The notes under the pieces: generated by a model | What the model was told of the DNA's origin: nothing | Database searches by the model: none | The model's input: only the letters and a program-made list of their open reading frames with translations | Assembly (NCBI GenBank): GCA_002269645.1 | Contig: NIVC01000024.1 | Location: forward strand, 248,001 to 312,000 | Origin: Macrostomum lignano | Taxonomy: Eukaryota | Length of the DNA stretch: 64,000 nucleotides | Direction of reading: 5' to 3' | Program-made: the position numbers and the translations under genes | Part shown: one piece after another, positions 1 through 13,049 of the stretch | Numbering within the stretch: the first letter of the stretch is position 1 | How the letters are laid out: every line of letters begins with the position of its first letter

Positions 1-760
1 CCCTCTCTCTCCCTGTCACCCTCTCCCTCACTGTCACCCTCTCCCTCACTGTCACCCTCTCCCTCCCTGTCACCCTCTCCCTCACTGTCACCCTCTCCCT
101 CTCCCTCCCTGTCACCCTCTCCCTCACTGTCACCCTCTCCCTCACTGTCACCCTCTCTGTCACCCTCTCCCTCCCTGTCACCCTCTCCCTCCCTGTCACC
201 CTCCGACATGTCACTGTCACCCACTCCCTCCCTGTCACCCTCTCCCTCACTGTCACCCTCTCCCTCCCTGTCACCCTCTCCCTCACTGTCACCCTCTCCC
301 TCACTGTCACCCTCTCTCTCCCTGTCACCCTCTCCCTCACTGTCACCCTCTCCCTCACTGTCACCCTCTCCCTCCCTGTCACCCTCTCCCTCCCTGTCAC
401 CCTCTCCCTCCCTGTCACCCTCTCCCTCACTGTCACCCTCTCCCTCACTGTCACCCTCTCCCTCACTGTCACCCTCTCCCTCACTGTCACCCTCTCCCTC
501 CCTGTCACCCTCACTGTCACCCTCTCCCTCCCTGTCACCCTCTCCCTCACTGTCACCCTCACTGTCACCCTCTCCCTCATTCTGTCACCCTCTCCCTCAT
601 TCTGTCACCCTCTCCCTCACTGTCACCCTCTCCCTCATTCTGTCACCCTCTCCCTCATTCTGTCACCCTCTCCCTCACTGTCACCCTCTCCCTCATTCTG
701 TCACCCTCTCCCTCATTCTGTCACCCTCTCCCACACTGTCACCCTCTCCCTCATTCTCTA
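1..760. repeat. Pyrimidine-rich minisatellite, about 18-bp unit (CTGTCACCCTCTCCCTCA/C), in an intron of the RASEF-like gene
   Basis: Dozens of near-identical tandem units; lies upstream of the acceptor AG at 914-915; explains the SPSPSL ORF at 208-825. Confidence 0.95.
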
Positions 761-915
761 AGTCTCTCCCCTCGATCTGTTCCCGTCTTTTATTATTTTA
801 TCTCCCCCTCCATCCCATCAGGTAACCCCCGATAATCTAGACTCCCCGATCTCTTCCGCATAAAAAAATTGCAAAGCTGCTCACCCCCCCCCGCCCAACC
901 GCATCGCGATCTCAG

Positions 916-3900
916 GTGCGCGAGCAGGACCGCATCACCCAGCAGCTGCACCTGCTGCACCAGACTAATCGGCAGCTCCGAGACAAGAACGAGGAGCTCC
1001 GCGAAGCCCTGGAGGCCAGCCAGGCCAGCGCTGTGCGCCTTCGCCAGCAGCAGCAGCCGGCCTCGTCCCGCCTGCTCCAGCAGAGCCACCTGGCCGAATC
1101 TGCCCTGCGAATCTGCGACCCGAACTACCCGAACAGCGGCCGCCGAATGGACAGCTGCGACTTGGACAGCGACAACCCCGACAGCGGCATGTCGACTCTG
1201 CGCGACGTGCCCGACTTGGAGGTCGAAGACGCCGCCAACAACTGGGCAGCGGCAGCCGCCGCCGCAGCAGGGATCTCGGCACCGCCGCCCAGATCGGTGC
1301 GCAGCAGCGGCTACTACAGCCGGCAGAGCAGCAGCAGCGCTTTGGCAGCAGGAAGAGCAACCGCCAGGCACTCCCGCCAGCTGCAGCAGCAGCCGCTGAA
1401 CTCTGAATCAGAAGCTGGCGAAGATGCTGCAGAGGAGGAGCTGTACAGGCTGAGAGAGTACGACATCATTCAGCCTGAGCAGCAGCAGCAGCAGCAGCCG
1501 CATCAGGTGTCATCGCTCAGACGCTCCGTCAGCCGCCAGGTTGCTCAAAACTTCGACGAAGACGCGGACGAGCAGCCGGCCTTGATGTCGCGCCACTCCG
1601 GCTCCCGAGCTCACCTGGGCGTGTCTACCGATTCGCTGCAGCGCAGTCAGGAGTGCCTCAGCGGGCACAGCGCCATCACCAACGTGCCCAGGAGGGACCG
1701 TCGCGGTGGCGGCGGCGCGGGAAGTCGTCGGCAGAAGCCGGAATCGAGTCCGGGACGGCAGGCGGCCGCTGGCCAAGAGGCGTCGACATCGTGCGCGATT
1801 GTCACCGTGTCGGGCAACCCGGAGCGCATGTTCAAAGTGGTGCTGGCTGGCGACGCCGCCGTCGGCAAGTCCAGCTTCATCATGAGGCTGTGCGACAACC
1901 GGTTCACGGAGAACACCACGGCCACTCTCGGGGTGGACTTCAAGACTAAGATTATCGCCGTTGATGGGCGCGTATTTGCACTGCAGGTGGGTGCACATCA
2001 TCAAGGTGTACACATTCCCAACTCAATCATCATCCAGGTGTACACATTCCCAACACTCAATCATCCAGGTGTACACATTCCCAACACAATCATAAGGTGT
2101 ACACATTCCCAACACTCAATCACCAGGCGTACACATTCCCAACACAATCATAAGGTGTACACATTCCCAACACTCAATCACCAGGCGTACACATTCCCAA
2201 CACAATCATAAGGTGTACACATTCCCAACACTCAATCACCAGGCGTACACATTCCCAACACAATCATAAGGTGTACACATTCCCAACACTCAATCACCAG
2301 GCGTACACATTCCCAACACTCAATCACCAGGCGTACACATTCCCAACACAATCATAAGGTGTACACATTCCCAACACAATCATAAGGTGTACACATTCCC
2401 AACACAATCATAAGGTGTACACATTCCCAACACAATCATAAGGTGTACACATTCCCAACACAATCATAAGGTGTACACATTCCCAATCTCTTCCAGCTGT
2501 GGGACACGGCAGGCCAGGAGCGCTTCCGGTCCGTTGCCAAGTCCTACTTCCGCCGGGCCGATGGCGTCCTGCTGCTATTCGACTGCACCTACGAGCGCTC
2601 GTTCTTGAGCGTGCGCGAATGGGTCGATCAGGTGCACGAGGCTGCGGACAAATCCGTGCCAATAATGATCTGCTCGAACAAGACGGACTTGAGACTGGCT
2701 GCCCAGCAACAGGGCAAGCGGGTAGTCGAGTATACGGAAGCAAGGAAGCTGGCGCAAGAGTACGACGCACTGTTTGCCGAGGTCAGCGCGAAGAGCGGCG
2801 AGAATGTGCAGATGTGCGTCACGGAGCTGGCCAGACTGATGCAGGCTAGCGAGGATCTGCAGGTGAGAGGCTGGACTGTCACTGTCTCTGAGTGCTACTG
2901 GACTGTCACTGTCTCTGAGTGCTACTGGACTGTCACTGTCTCTGAGTGTTGGACTGTCTCTGTCTCTGAGTGCTACTGGACTGTCACTGTCTCTGAGTGC
3001 TACTGGACTGTCACTGTCTCTGAGTGCTACTGGACTGTCACTGTCTTGTCTCTGAGTGCTACTGGACTGTCACTGTCTCTGAGTGCTACTGGACTGTCAC
3101 TGTCTCTGAGTGCTACTGGACTGTCAATGTCTCTGAGTGCTACTGGACTGTCACTGTTTCTGAGTGCTACTGGACTGTCACTGTCCCTGAGTGCTACTGG
3201 ACTGTCACTGTCTCTGAGTGCTACTGGACTGTCACTGTCTCTGAGTGCTACTGGACTGTCACTGTCTCTGAGTGCTACTGGACTGTCACTGTCTTGTCTT
3301 TGAGTGCTACTGGACTGTCACTGTCTCTGAGTGCTACTGGACTGTCACTGTCTCTGAGTGCTACTGGACTGTCAATGTCTCTGAGTGCTACTGGACTGTC
3401 ACTGTCTCTGAGTGCTACTGGACTGTCACTGTCCCTGAGTGCTACTGGACTGTCACTGTCCCTGAGTGCTACTGGACTGTCACTGTCTCTGAGTGCTACT
3501 GGACTGTCACTGTCTCTGAGTGCTACTGGACTGTCACTGTCTCTGAGTGCTACTGGACTGTCACTGTCTCTGAGTGCTACTGGACTGTCACTGTCTCTGA
3601 GTGCTACTGGACTGTCACTGTCTCTGAGTGCTACTGGACTGTCAATGTCTCTGAGTGCTACTGGACTGTCACTGTCACTGTCTCTGAGTGCTACTGGACT
3701 GTCACTGTCTCTGAGTGCTACTGGACTGTCACTGTCACTGTCTCTGAGTGCTACTGGACTGTCACTGTCTCTGAAGTGCTACTGGACTTTCAATGTCTCT
3801 GAGTGCTACTGGACTGTCACTGTCACTGTCTCTGAGTGCTACTGGACTGTCACTGTCACTGTCTCTGAGTGCTACTGGACTGTCACTGTCACTGTCTCTG

Positions 3901-5130
3901 AGTGCTACTGGACTGTCACTGTCACTGTCTCTGAGTGCTACTGGACTGTCACTGTCTCTGAGTGCTACTGGACTGTCACTGTCTCTGAGTGCTACTGGAC
4001 TGTCACTGTCTTGTCTCTGAGTGCTACTGGACTGTCACTGTCTCTGAAGTGCTACTGGACTGTCACTGTCTCTGAGTGCTACTGGACTGTCACTGTCTCT
4101 GAGTGCTACTGGACTGTCAATGTCTCTGAGTGCTACTGGACTGTCACTGTCACTGTCTCTGAGTGCTACTGGACTGTCACTGTCACTGTCTCGGAGTGCT
4201 ACTGGACTGTCACTGTCTCTGAGTGCTACTGGACTGTCACTGTCTCTGAGTGCTACTGGACTGTCACTGTCTCTGAGTGCTACTGGACTGTCACTGTCTC
4301 TGAGTGCTACTGGACTGTCACTGTCTCTGAGTGCTACTGGACTGTCAATGTCTTGTCTCTGAGTGCTACTGGACTGTCACTGTCTCTGAGTGCTACTGGA
4401 CTGTCACTGTCTCTGAGTGCTACTGGACTGTCAATGTCTCTGAGTGCTACTGGACTGTCAATGTCTTGTCTCTGAGTGCTACTGGACTGTCACTGTCTCT
4501 GAGTGCTACTGGACTGTCACTGTCTTGTCTCTGAGTGCTACTGGACTGTCACTGTCTTTGAGTGCTACTGGACTGTCACTGTCACTGTCTCTGAGTGCTA
4601 CTGGACTGTCACTGTCTTTGAGTGCTACTGGACTGTCACTGTCTTTGAGTGCTACTGGACTGTCACTGTCTCTGAGTGCTACTGGACTGTCACTGTCTTG
4701 TCTCTGAGTGCTACTGGACTGTCACTGTCACTGTCTCTGAGTGCTACTGGACTGTCACTGTCTCTGAGTGCTACTGGACTGTCACTGTCTCTGAGTGCTA
4801 CTGGACTGTCACTGTCACTGTCTCTGAGTGCTACTGAACTGTCACTGTCTCTGAGTGCTACTGGACTGTCACTGTCTCTGAGTGCTACTGGACTGTCACT
4901 GTCACTGTCTCTGAGTGCTACTGAACTGTCACTGTCTCTGAGTGCTACTGGACTGTCACTGTCTTTGAGTGCTACTGGACTGTCACTTTCCCTGATCCTC
5001 TAGATCTGAAGTCAGATAGCAATCCACAACCATCAAACGCTTGTAGGTGAATCGCGCAAATGTCCGTCTCGGCAAAGACGATGACAAAGGAAAGAATGCA
5101 AAAGAAAAATCGGCCTGCTGCGATTTCTAG
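916..5130 (+). CDS. RASEF: RASEF/Rab45-like large Rab GTPase, 5'-partial; join(916..1986,2497..2862,5047..5130)
   Basis: Coiled-coil-like start ([30 protein letters not shown]), then a Rab domain: G1 GDAAVGKSS, effector TLGVDF, G3 spliced as ALQ|[24 protein letters not shown]4 NKTD, G5 EVSAK. Phase-0 GT-AG junctions at 1987/2496 and 2863/5046. Last exon ends SACCDF* (CCxx prenylation motif). Confidence 0.88.
1997..2486. repeat. Intronic minisatellite, 28-30-bp unit (AGGTGTACACATTCCCAACACAATCATA)
   Basis: Tandem array fills nearly all of intron 1987-2496. Confidence 0.95.
2872..4988. repeat. Intronic minisatellite, 27-bp unit (CTGGACTGTCACTGTCTCTGAGTGCTA), about 2.1 kb
   Basis: Starts about 9 nt after donor 2863; explains the VSECYWTVT and LSLSATG ORFs. 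Confidence 0.97.
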
Positions 5131-6239
5131 ACTCAGATCTTGGACCGATCGACCGACTCATAGCTTGGTTCACTCGGGGCGAGTACATGAAATCACTGCC
5201 TGCTGCAGTTCTCTCTCGCAATTCATTATTTAGCCCATCATCTCCGTGTCGATGCTGAATCAATCTATAATTGACTCTATTTTCTGGTGGCGGTTACTAA
5301 AGTGCGACTTTTGGTAGAGTAGCTGGCAACATGTACATGTAAGGTTGGTACAGCAGAGTAGCAAACCAGAATTCAGGGCTTATTTTTTCGCCCAACTTCA
5401 AATACATGGTTTAATGCTCAAACTTTAAAGATGGTAAAACAATCCGACATATACATGTATACAAGTGACCACAGCTAAAAAAATTTGACCAAAACATAAC
5501 TTTGTTCGAATGCATCGAATGCACCAAATAGTTTACCCGATGAAAACGGTAACTACAGAGTGAGTCACTTGCCGCAAATAACGCGCGACTCAAAATTCGC
5601 CTCTCAGTCGCATTGCAATCGTTTGTCTAATTCTCACGCGGCAACGTTTTCACCGGGAGAACTAACCTCTATCTCGTACTTACCTGGCATTACTGTAGTA
5701 ACTCATTTGGTTGAATACACACAGAGTTTGCAAATTTTTGTTTTCAACAGTAGCGCAAATAACTTTGGTGATTTGGTTTGTTTTTTTCTGCGCTATCAGA
5801 ACCAATTGTTTTTTTTTTGAAGTAGGCAGGCGCGTGCGATATCAGTCTCGAGGGCCCCTCTCTTACTATGGCTGGTTGCCCCTAACTTTTGCTGCGGCCA
5901 AAAGTGCCCAAAGTACTATATATTTCGCCAGTAACCACTTTCATATTGATAATTTACCAGCCAATGTGTAAATATTTTATTTGTATAACATTCTCTGTTA
6001 GAAACTACAATTGCATATTAATTGTAGTAGATAATATATTTTTTTTCAAAACTTTTCTTTGAAGTCCTGAAAAATATTCGCGATGGAATGGTGATACTCC
6101 CTATTTTTGTTATTATTTGATCCCTTCTAAGGTACCCGAAAATGTTTAAAATTTACATGGAAATATATTATTAAATGATTGCGTCATTGAGAATTACCGC
6201 GCCAGAATGATAAATTATTTTAATTTATTTCATTCAAAT

Positions 6240-7605
6240 ATGAATTGGCTAAACCAAAAATGAATTGGCTATCTCAAAAATGAAATTTCTACCCCAAAAA
6301 TGAAATGGCTATCTCCAAAATGAAATGGCTTCCCCAAAAATGAAATGGCTACCCAAAAAATGAAATGGCTACCACAAAAATGAAATGGCTATCCTAAAAA
6401 TGAAATGGCTACCACAAAATAAAATGGCTACCACAAAATAAAATGGCTACCACAAAATGAAATGGCTTCCCAAAAAATGAAATATCTATCTCAAAAATTG
6501 AATGGCTATCCTAAAAATGAAATGGCTACCTAAAAAATAAAATGGCTTCCCCAAAAAAATGAAATGGCTTCCCCAAAAAAATGAAATGGCTACCCCAAAA
6601 AATGAAATGGCTACCACAAAAATGAAATGGCTACCACAAAAATGAAATGGCTACCACAAAATGAAATGGCTACCCCAAAAAATGAAATGGCCACCACAAA
6701 AATATAATGGCTACCACAAAATGAAATGGCTACCCCAAAAAATGAAATGGCTACCACAAAAATGAAATGGCTACCACAAAATGAAATGGCTACCCCAAAA
6801 AATGAAATGGCTACCACAAAAATGAAATGGCTACCCCAAAAAATGAAATGGCTACCCCAAAAATGAAATGGCTACCCCAAAAAATGAAATGGCTACCACA
6901 AAAATGAAATGGCTACCACAAAATGAAATGGCTAACACAAAAATGAAATGGCTACCCCAAAAAATGAAATGGCTACCCCAAAAATGAAATGGCTACCCCA
7001 AAAATGAAATGGCTACCCCAAAAATGAAACGGCTACACCAAAAATGAAATGGCTACCACAAAAATGAAATGGCTACCACAAAATGAAATGGCTACCCCAA
7101 AAAATGAAATGGCTACCCCAAAAATGAAATGGCTACCCCAAAAAATGAAATGGCTACCACAAAAATGAAATGGCTACCACAAAATGAAATGGCTAACACA
7201 AAAATGAAATGGCTACCCCAAAAAATGAAATGGCTACCCCAAAAATGAAATGGCTACCCCAAAAATGAAATGGCTACCCCAAAAATGAAATGGCTACACC
7301 AAAAATGAAATGGCTACCACAAAAATGAAATGGCTACCACAAAATGAAATGGCTACCTCAAAAATGAAATGGCTACCACAAAAATGAAATGGCTACCACA
7401 AAAATGAAATGGCTACCCCAAAAATGAAATGGCTACCCCAAAAATGAAATGGCTACCCCAAAAATGAAAAGGCTACCCCAAAAAATGAAATGGCTACCCC
7501 AAAAAATGAAATGGCTACCCCAAAAAATGAAATGGCTACCCCAGAAAATGAAATGGCTACCCCAAAAAATGAAATGGCTATCTCCAAAATGAAATGGCTA
7601 TCTCA
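6240..7605. repeat. Minisatellite, about 20-bp unit (AAAATGAAATGGCTACCCCA)
   Basis: Long tandem array with degenerate copies at both edges and variable A/C run lengths. Confidence 0.95.
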
Positions 7606-8079
7606 AAAGCTGCTACTATAAATGTATTAAGTAGAAATAAAAGCAAATTATAACTAAAATAAATTTCAGCATTGCAAGCTGTAGCCCGTAGCTAATAAAA
7701 GATTAAAACGGCAGAAGACACGCATATTTACTTGGCAGCTAATGAAGCGTGCGTGGCACAGAATATTGCTCAACGTCGTCAATCGTGAAAACAATTTATT
7801 TATTTATTTATTTATTGAGCTGGTTCCTTCTAAGACACGGTGACTTTATAAACACGCAAAATCGGTATTAGCGTGAAATATATTAATTAAAGAAGCGAAT
7901 ACCGCCCTCATGCGCTACAATAAAATATAGAGGAAAACCTACATTAAGCTGTATGGCGGATCAGGTATTGCAGAAGCCGGAGGCAAGCGAGCGCGAGTAA
8001 CAGATTTATTAATAAATTGTGCAGATTCAACTCATTAGTAGATTCATATGTAGACCCGACCGTGTACATTTCATACAGA

Positions 8080-9120
8080 TCTGGGAGCCTGGCCCAGTAA
8101 CTGGGGATCTGGGAGGCTGGCCCAGTAACTGGGGATCTGGGAGCCTGGCCCAGTAACTGGGGATCTGGGAGGCTGGCCCAGTAACTGGGGATCTGGGAGG
8201 CTGGCCCAGTAACTGGGGATCTGGGAGGCTGGCCCAGCAACTGAGGATCTGGGAGGCTGGCCCAGCAACTGAGGATCTGGGAGGCTGGCCCAGCAACTGA
8301 GGATCTGGGAGGCTGGCCCAGCAACTGAGGATCTGGGAGGCTGGCCCAGTAACTGGGGATCTGGGAGGCTGGCCCAGTAACTGGGGATCTGGGAGGCTGG
8401 CCCAGTAACTGGGGATCTGGGAGGCTGGCCCAGTAACTGGGGATCTGGGAGCCTGGCCCAGTAACTGGGGATCTGGGAGGCTGGCCCAGTAACTGGGGAT
8501 CTGGGAGGCTGGCCCAGCAACTGAGGATCTGGGAGGCTGGCCCAGTAACTGGGGATCTGGGAGGCTGGCCCAGTAACTGGGGATCTGGGAGGCTGGCCCA
8601 GTAACTGGGGATCTGGGAGGCTGGCCCAGTAACTGGGGATCTGGGAGGCTGGCCCAGTAACTGGGGATCTGGGAGGCTGGCCCAGTAACTGAGGATCTGG
8701 GAGCCTGGCCCAGTAACTGGGGATCTGGGAGGCTGGCCCAGTAACTGGGGATCTGGGAGGCTGGCCCAGTAACTGGGGATCTGGGAGGCTGGCCCAGCAA
8801 CTGGGGATCTGGGAGGCTGGCCCAGTAACTGGGGATCTGGGAGGCTGGCCCAGTAACTGGGGATCTGGGAGGCTGGCCCAGTAACTGGGGATCTGGGAGG
8901 CTGGCCCAGCAACTGGGGATCTGGGAGGCTGGCCCAGCAACTGAGGATCTGGGAGGCTGGCCCAGCAACTGAGGATCTGGGAGGCTGGCCCAGCAACTGA
9001 GGATCTGGGAGGCTGGCCCAGCAACTGAGGATCTGAGAGGCTGGCCCAGCAACTGAGGATCTGGGAGACTGGCCCAGCAACTGAGGATCTGGGAGACTGG
9101 CCCAGCAGCTGAGGATCTGC
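8080..9120. repeat. Minisatellite, 28-bp unit (GGATCTGGGAGGCTGGCCCAGTAACTGG)
   Basis: Period 28; no stop in any minus-strand frame, giving three spurious 317-378-aa ORFs with a 28-aa period. Confidence 0.96.
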
Positions 9121-9618
9121 GCATTCTAAACCATATCAAAGTTTGTCGCGTACAAAAGCGTTACAAAAGTTTATAAGGAGATTCTCAATCATGCACCACA
9201 GAGACTGGCCACCGGAGCGAAATAGAAGCAGCCACTCCTTAATTATAACTGCTAATCCTCGTACTGAATGGATTAAATATTGATTCGCTTTAGAAAAACG
9301 GTTGAAAAAAACTTCAATTTTGTCGATTATAAAAAAATTGGTATTGAGAAGTACATGTACAAACACCATAAAAAGTACGAATTAGTATATATTGCATAAT
9401 TATCAACACTTATCAGTGTTGCTATGAAGTGCAACATGCGACAAAGCGACACGAAAGCTGAGCGAATTAAGCTGCGGGGTGCAAGCCAACTATTAAATAT
9501 GCCAATACTATACTCAACTGGTATTGCACTGCAGCTCACAGACAGACTCTATTATCAAAATCGGTCACTAAACAACATTAAGAGTATAACATAAAAATTT
9601 ATTAAACTTAGTTGATTA

Positions 9619-10380
9619 TATGACCAATTCAACTGATTGTATGACCAATTCAACTGATTGTATGACCAATTCAACTGATTGTATGACCAACTCAACTGAT
9701 TGTATGACCAACAACTCAACTGATTGTATGACCAATTCAACTGATTGTATGACCAATTCAACTGATTGTATGACCAATTCAACTGATTGTATGACCAACT
9801 CAACTGATTGTATGACCAACAACTCAACTGATTGTATGACCAACTCAACTGATTGTATGACCAACTCAACTGATTGTATGACCAACAACTCAACTGATTG
9901 TATGACCAACTCAACTGATTGTATGATCAACAACTCAACTGATTGTATGACCAACTTAACTAATTTTATTATCAACAACTCAACTAATGGTAATGACCAA
10001 CTCAACTGATTGTATGACCAACTTAACTAATTTTATTATCAACAACTCAACTAATGGTAATGACCAACTCAATTGATTGTATGACCAACTTAACTAATTT
10101 TATTATCAACAACTCAACTAATGGTAATGACCAACTCAACTGATTGTATGACCAACTTAACTAATTTTATTATCAACAACTCAACTAATGGTAATGACCA
10201 ACTCAACTGATTGTATGACCAATTCAACTGATTGTATGACCAACTCAACTGATTGTATGACCAACTCAACTGATTGTATGACCAACAACTCAACTGATTG
10301 TATGACCAACTTAACTAATATTATTATCAACAACTCAACTAATGGTAATGACCAACTCAACTGATCGTATGACCAATTCC
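9619..10380. repeat. Minisatellite, 21/24-bp unit (ATGACCAACTCAACTGATTGT) with a longer composite unit distally
   Basis: Tandem array; explains the MTNSTDC ORF. Confidence 0.95.
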
Positions 10381-10596
10381 ACTTCTTGATAACAGCTATT
10401 CTAGTAAACTAACAATCATATTGCTAATTCATTACGACACGAAAAATAATTTCTATAATTCAATAAATATTAAACCAACGCAATAGATTTAAGTTCCAAC
10501 GCGCCCGAATTAACAATATAAATATGATATAAAGTATTGTAGTAGACAAAGAGTCATTGTCGCACAAAAACTTCATAGCAATCATAGCCGAACATT

Positions 10597-12008
10597 TCAA
10601 TCCTTCCAGTTCTCCTTGATCTTGATGGCCCATTCCCAGGACAAGAAGTCGTTCCTATCGTCATCCGTGAAGCGCGATTTCACGGCGTAGGAGCCGCGCG
10701 ACATCATGCCGCTGGGGGCCTCGTGCACCGGGCTGTTGTACACGTGCGGCTCCGGCTTAGGCGGGTAACTGCCAACCATCAGATCGTCCTTGGCAACTGT
10801 GGGTTGCGAATTCAGGGGAAGGTATGGGTGTACACGTCTGTCCATTTGCTCACGCAGGGTGTACAGCACATGCTTGGGCGCAACCTTAGGATTCACTCGG
10901 CCGTTTTTATTGGCAACACACACATGTAAGTCGCTATTGGACAGAATAGTAGTCACGTGACTGCTCTCAGCCAATAGAGACTTAAATGTGTGTGTTGCCA
11001 ATAGAAACGGCCCAGCGACTCCCAAGGTTGCGCATGTATGGTACAGCAGCCCTGACTTTCTAACCGTCAGGTATGTACACTCTCTGTGCCTTGAGGGTTG
11101 GCCCTCATGGCTGTGAATTGCACAACCATGGTGGGATTAATGACCAATCCAATACAGGATCAATGACCAATCCAATACAGGATCAATGACCAATCCAATA
11201 CAGGATCAATGACCAATGACCAATCCAATACAGGATCAATGACCAATCCAATACATGATCAATGACCAATGACCAATCCAATACAGGATCAATGATCAAT
11301 GACCAATCCAATACAGGATCAATGACCAATCCAATACATGATCAATGACCAATGACCAATCCAATACAGGATCAATGATCAATGACCAATCCAATACAGG
11401 ATCAATGACCAATCCAATACATGATCAATGACCAATGACCAATCCAATACAGGATCAATGACCAATGACCAATCCAATACATGATCAATGACCAATGACC
11501 AATCCAATACAGGATCAATGACCAATCCAATACAGGATCAATGATCAATGACCAATCCAATACAGGATCAATGACCAATCCAATACAGGATCAATATCAA
11601 CTCACCTCTGACTCCTAGCTTGTACGTGGCCTGAATATACCTCAGACCGGACACAATGTCCCGCTGCACGTAGAAGAAAATCCTCACCCTATAATTGACC
11701 CCTTCCTTAATCACAATAGGATTATTTTTCAATTCCGCCAAGTCGCTATCCAGCAGTTGAAGCTCCACAGGGGCCCGTTGGTCGTCAACAAATTCAATTT
11801 GTATTTTTTGCACAATCACATTTGCGGGATTGTCCGGAAATACCGGAGCCACTGAGCCGCTGCCTAGCAACGATTCTTTGTACTTTTTCAAAGCCTCGTC
11901 TTCAGGATCGGCGCTTTTAATTTCGTCGATGCTTTTAGCAGCGGGAGCTTTGAATCCGGTGTCCTCAGGCTCCAGGTCGCCGGCTGGGTTAGCTACCTTT
12001 TCGGCCAT
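10597..12008 (-). CDS. RhoGDI: Rho GDP-dissociation inhibitor, 200 aa; complement(join(10597..10796,11606..12008))
   Basis: KAPAAKSIDEIKSADPEDEALKKYKESLLG, IVIKEGVNYRVRIFFYVQRDIVSGLRY, spliced (phase 1, GTGAG/CAG) to VAKDDLMVGSYPPKPE...EAPSGMMSRGSYAVKSRFTDDD...WEW. Typical RhoGDI motifs and length. Confidence 0.96.
10899..11012. repeat. About 114-bp imperfect palindrome (foldback) centred on GTCACGTGAC, in the RhoGDI intron
   Basis: Left arm GGCCGTTTTTATTGGCAACACACACATGTAAGTCGCTATTGG versus reverse complement of the right arm GGCCGTTTCTATTGGCAACACACACATTTAAGTCTCTATTGG: 3 mismatches in 42 bp. Confidence 0.9.
11138..11597. repeat. Intronic minisatellite, 23-30-bp unit (ATGACCAATCCAATACAGGATCA)
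   Basis: Tandem array abutting the RhoGDI donor site at 11605. Confidence 0.95.
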
Positions 12009-12184
12009 GATGCTGCCCAGGTAGAAGATATTTCACTGTTTTCGCATGCACAAATAATAGAAGTTCATTAAGTTTTTCTTCAAAGATTAGAAACAAGTAG
12101 AGATTAAAAATGAAATGCCCACGCTTCATAGAGCGGTTCTTTTGAGGTGTTGATTAATTAGTCTAATGTGACCCCAATTCAAGA

Positions 12185-12500
12185 GACTGAGGTGATTATT
12201 CAATAGGCTGAGGTGATTATTCAATAGGCTAAGGTGATTATTCAATAGGCTGAGGTGATTATTCAATAGGCTGAGGTGATTATTCAATAGGCTAAGGTGA
12301 TTATTAATGAGGCTGAGGTGATTATTCAATAGGCTGAGGTGATTATTCAATAGGCTAAGGTGATTATTAATGAGGCTGAGATGATTTTTCATGAGGCTGA
12401 GGTGATAATTCATGAGGCTGAGGTGATTATTCATGAGGCTGAGTAGTTATGATGCAGTTATTCATAAGACTGAGGTGACCATTAATGAAGCTTAGGTGAT
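12185..12500. repeat. Minisatellite, 21-bp unit (GGCTGAGGTGATTATTCAATA)
   Basis: Tandem array; explains the NNHLSLL ORF at 12126-12434. Confidence 0.92.
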
Positions 12501-13049
12501 TATTCATGTGGCTAAGATAGGATAATGAATCCAATGACTAATATGCTGACTCCCATGGTTGATATTATAGAAGAAAAAAAGAAAAAAATTGGTCTTTTTT
12601 GAGCAATATATATAAATTTATGAGCCTAGGCCTAGGTGTATAAATATAGTTAGAGTAGGAGCAATAGTGATCCTCAAGTAATTTTTAGTCTTATCAACTA
12701 TACATTTTTAATTCAAATCTGCCTGGTCCAATAAAATAGCCTGAATAAGCATGTTATATGGTATTGAATTTCTTTTATGGGTCAGACAAGATCCCAATCT
12801 TGATCTTGATTGTTAAGAGCTCAGCACTATTTCAATCTCAATCTTGGTTTTGAGATCTTGAAAAGAGTCAAGATTTGCAATTATATGACTATTTTTGACT
12901 ATGATATTATACAGTTATAGTGATTTTCCACTTTGTTTCCTGATATTATAGCATTTTCAAGCTAGTAGAGAATGCGAGCAAGCAATTAAAAAATTGATGG
13001 CAAAGTCAATGGATTTTCTTATCATCTATGGTCAAAGCCATGACCAAAT

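Noticed and set aside
208-825. 205-aa Ser/Pro ORF
   Set aside because: Translation of an 18-bp intronic minisatellite.
2605-5003. Long ORFs with VSECYWTVT / LSLSATG repeats
   Set aside because: Read-through of a 27-bp array after the true donor at 2863.
7944-9139. Three overlapping 317-378-aa minus-strand ORFs, flanked by acceptor-like and donor-like motifs
   Set aside because: The 28-bp unit has no stop in any frame, and all three frames are equally open, which is the signature of a non-coding array.
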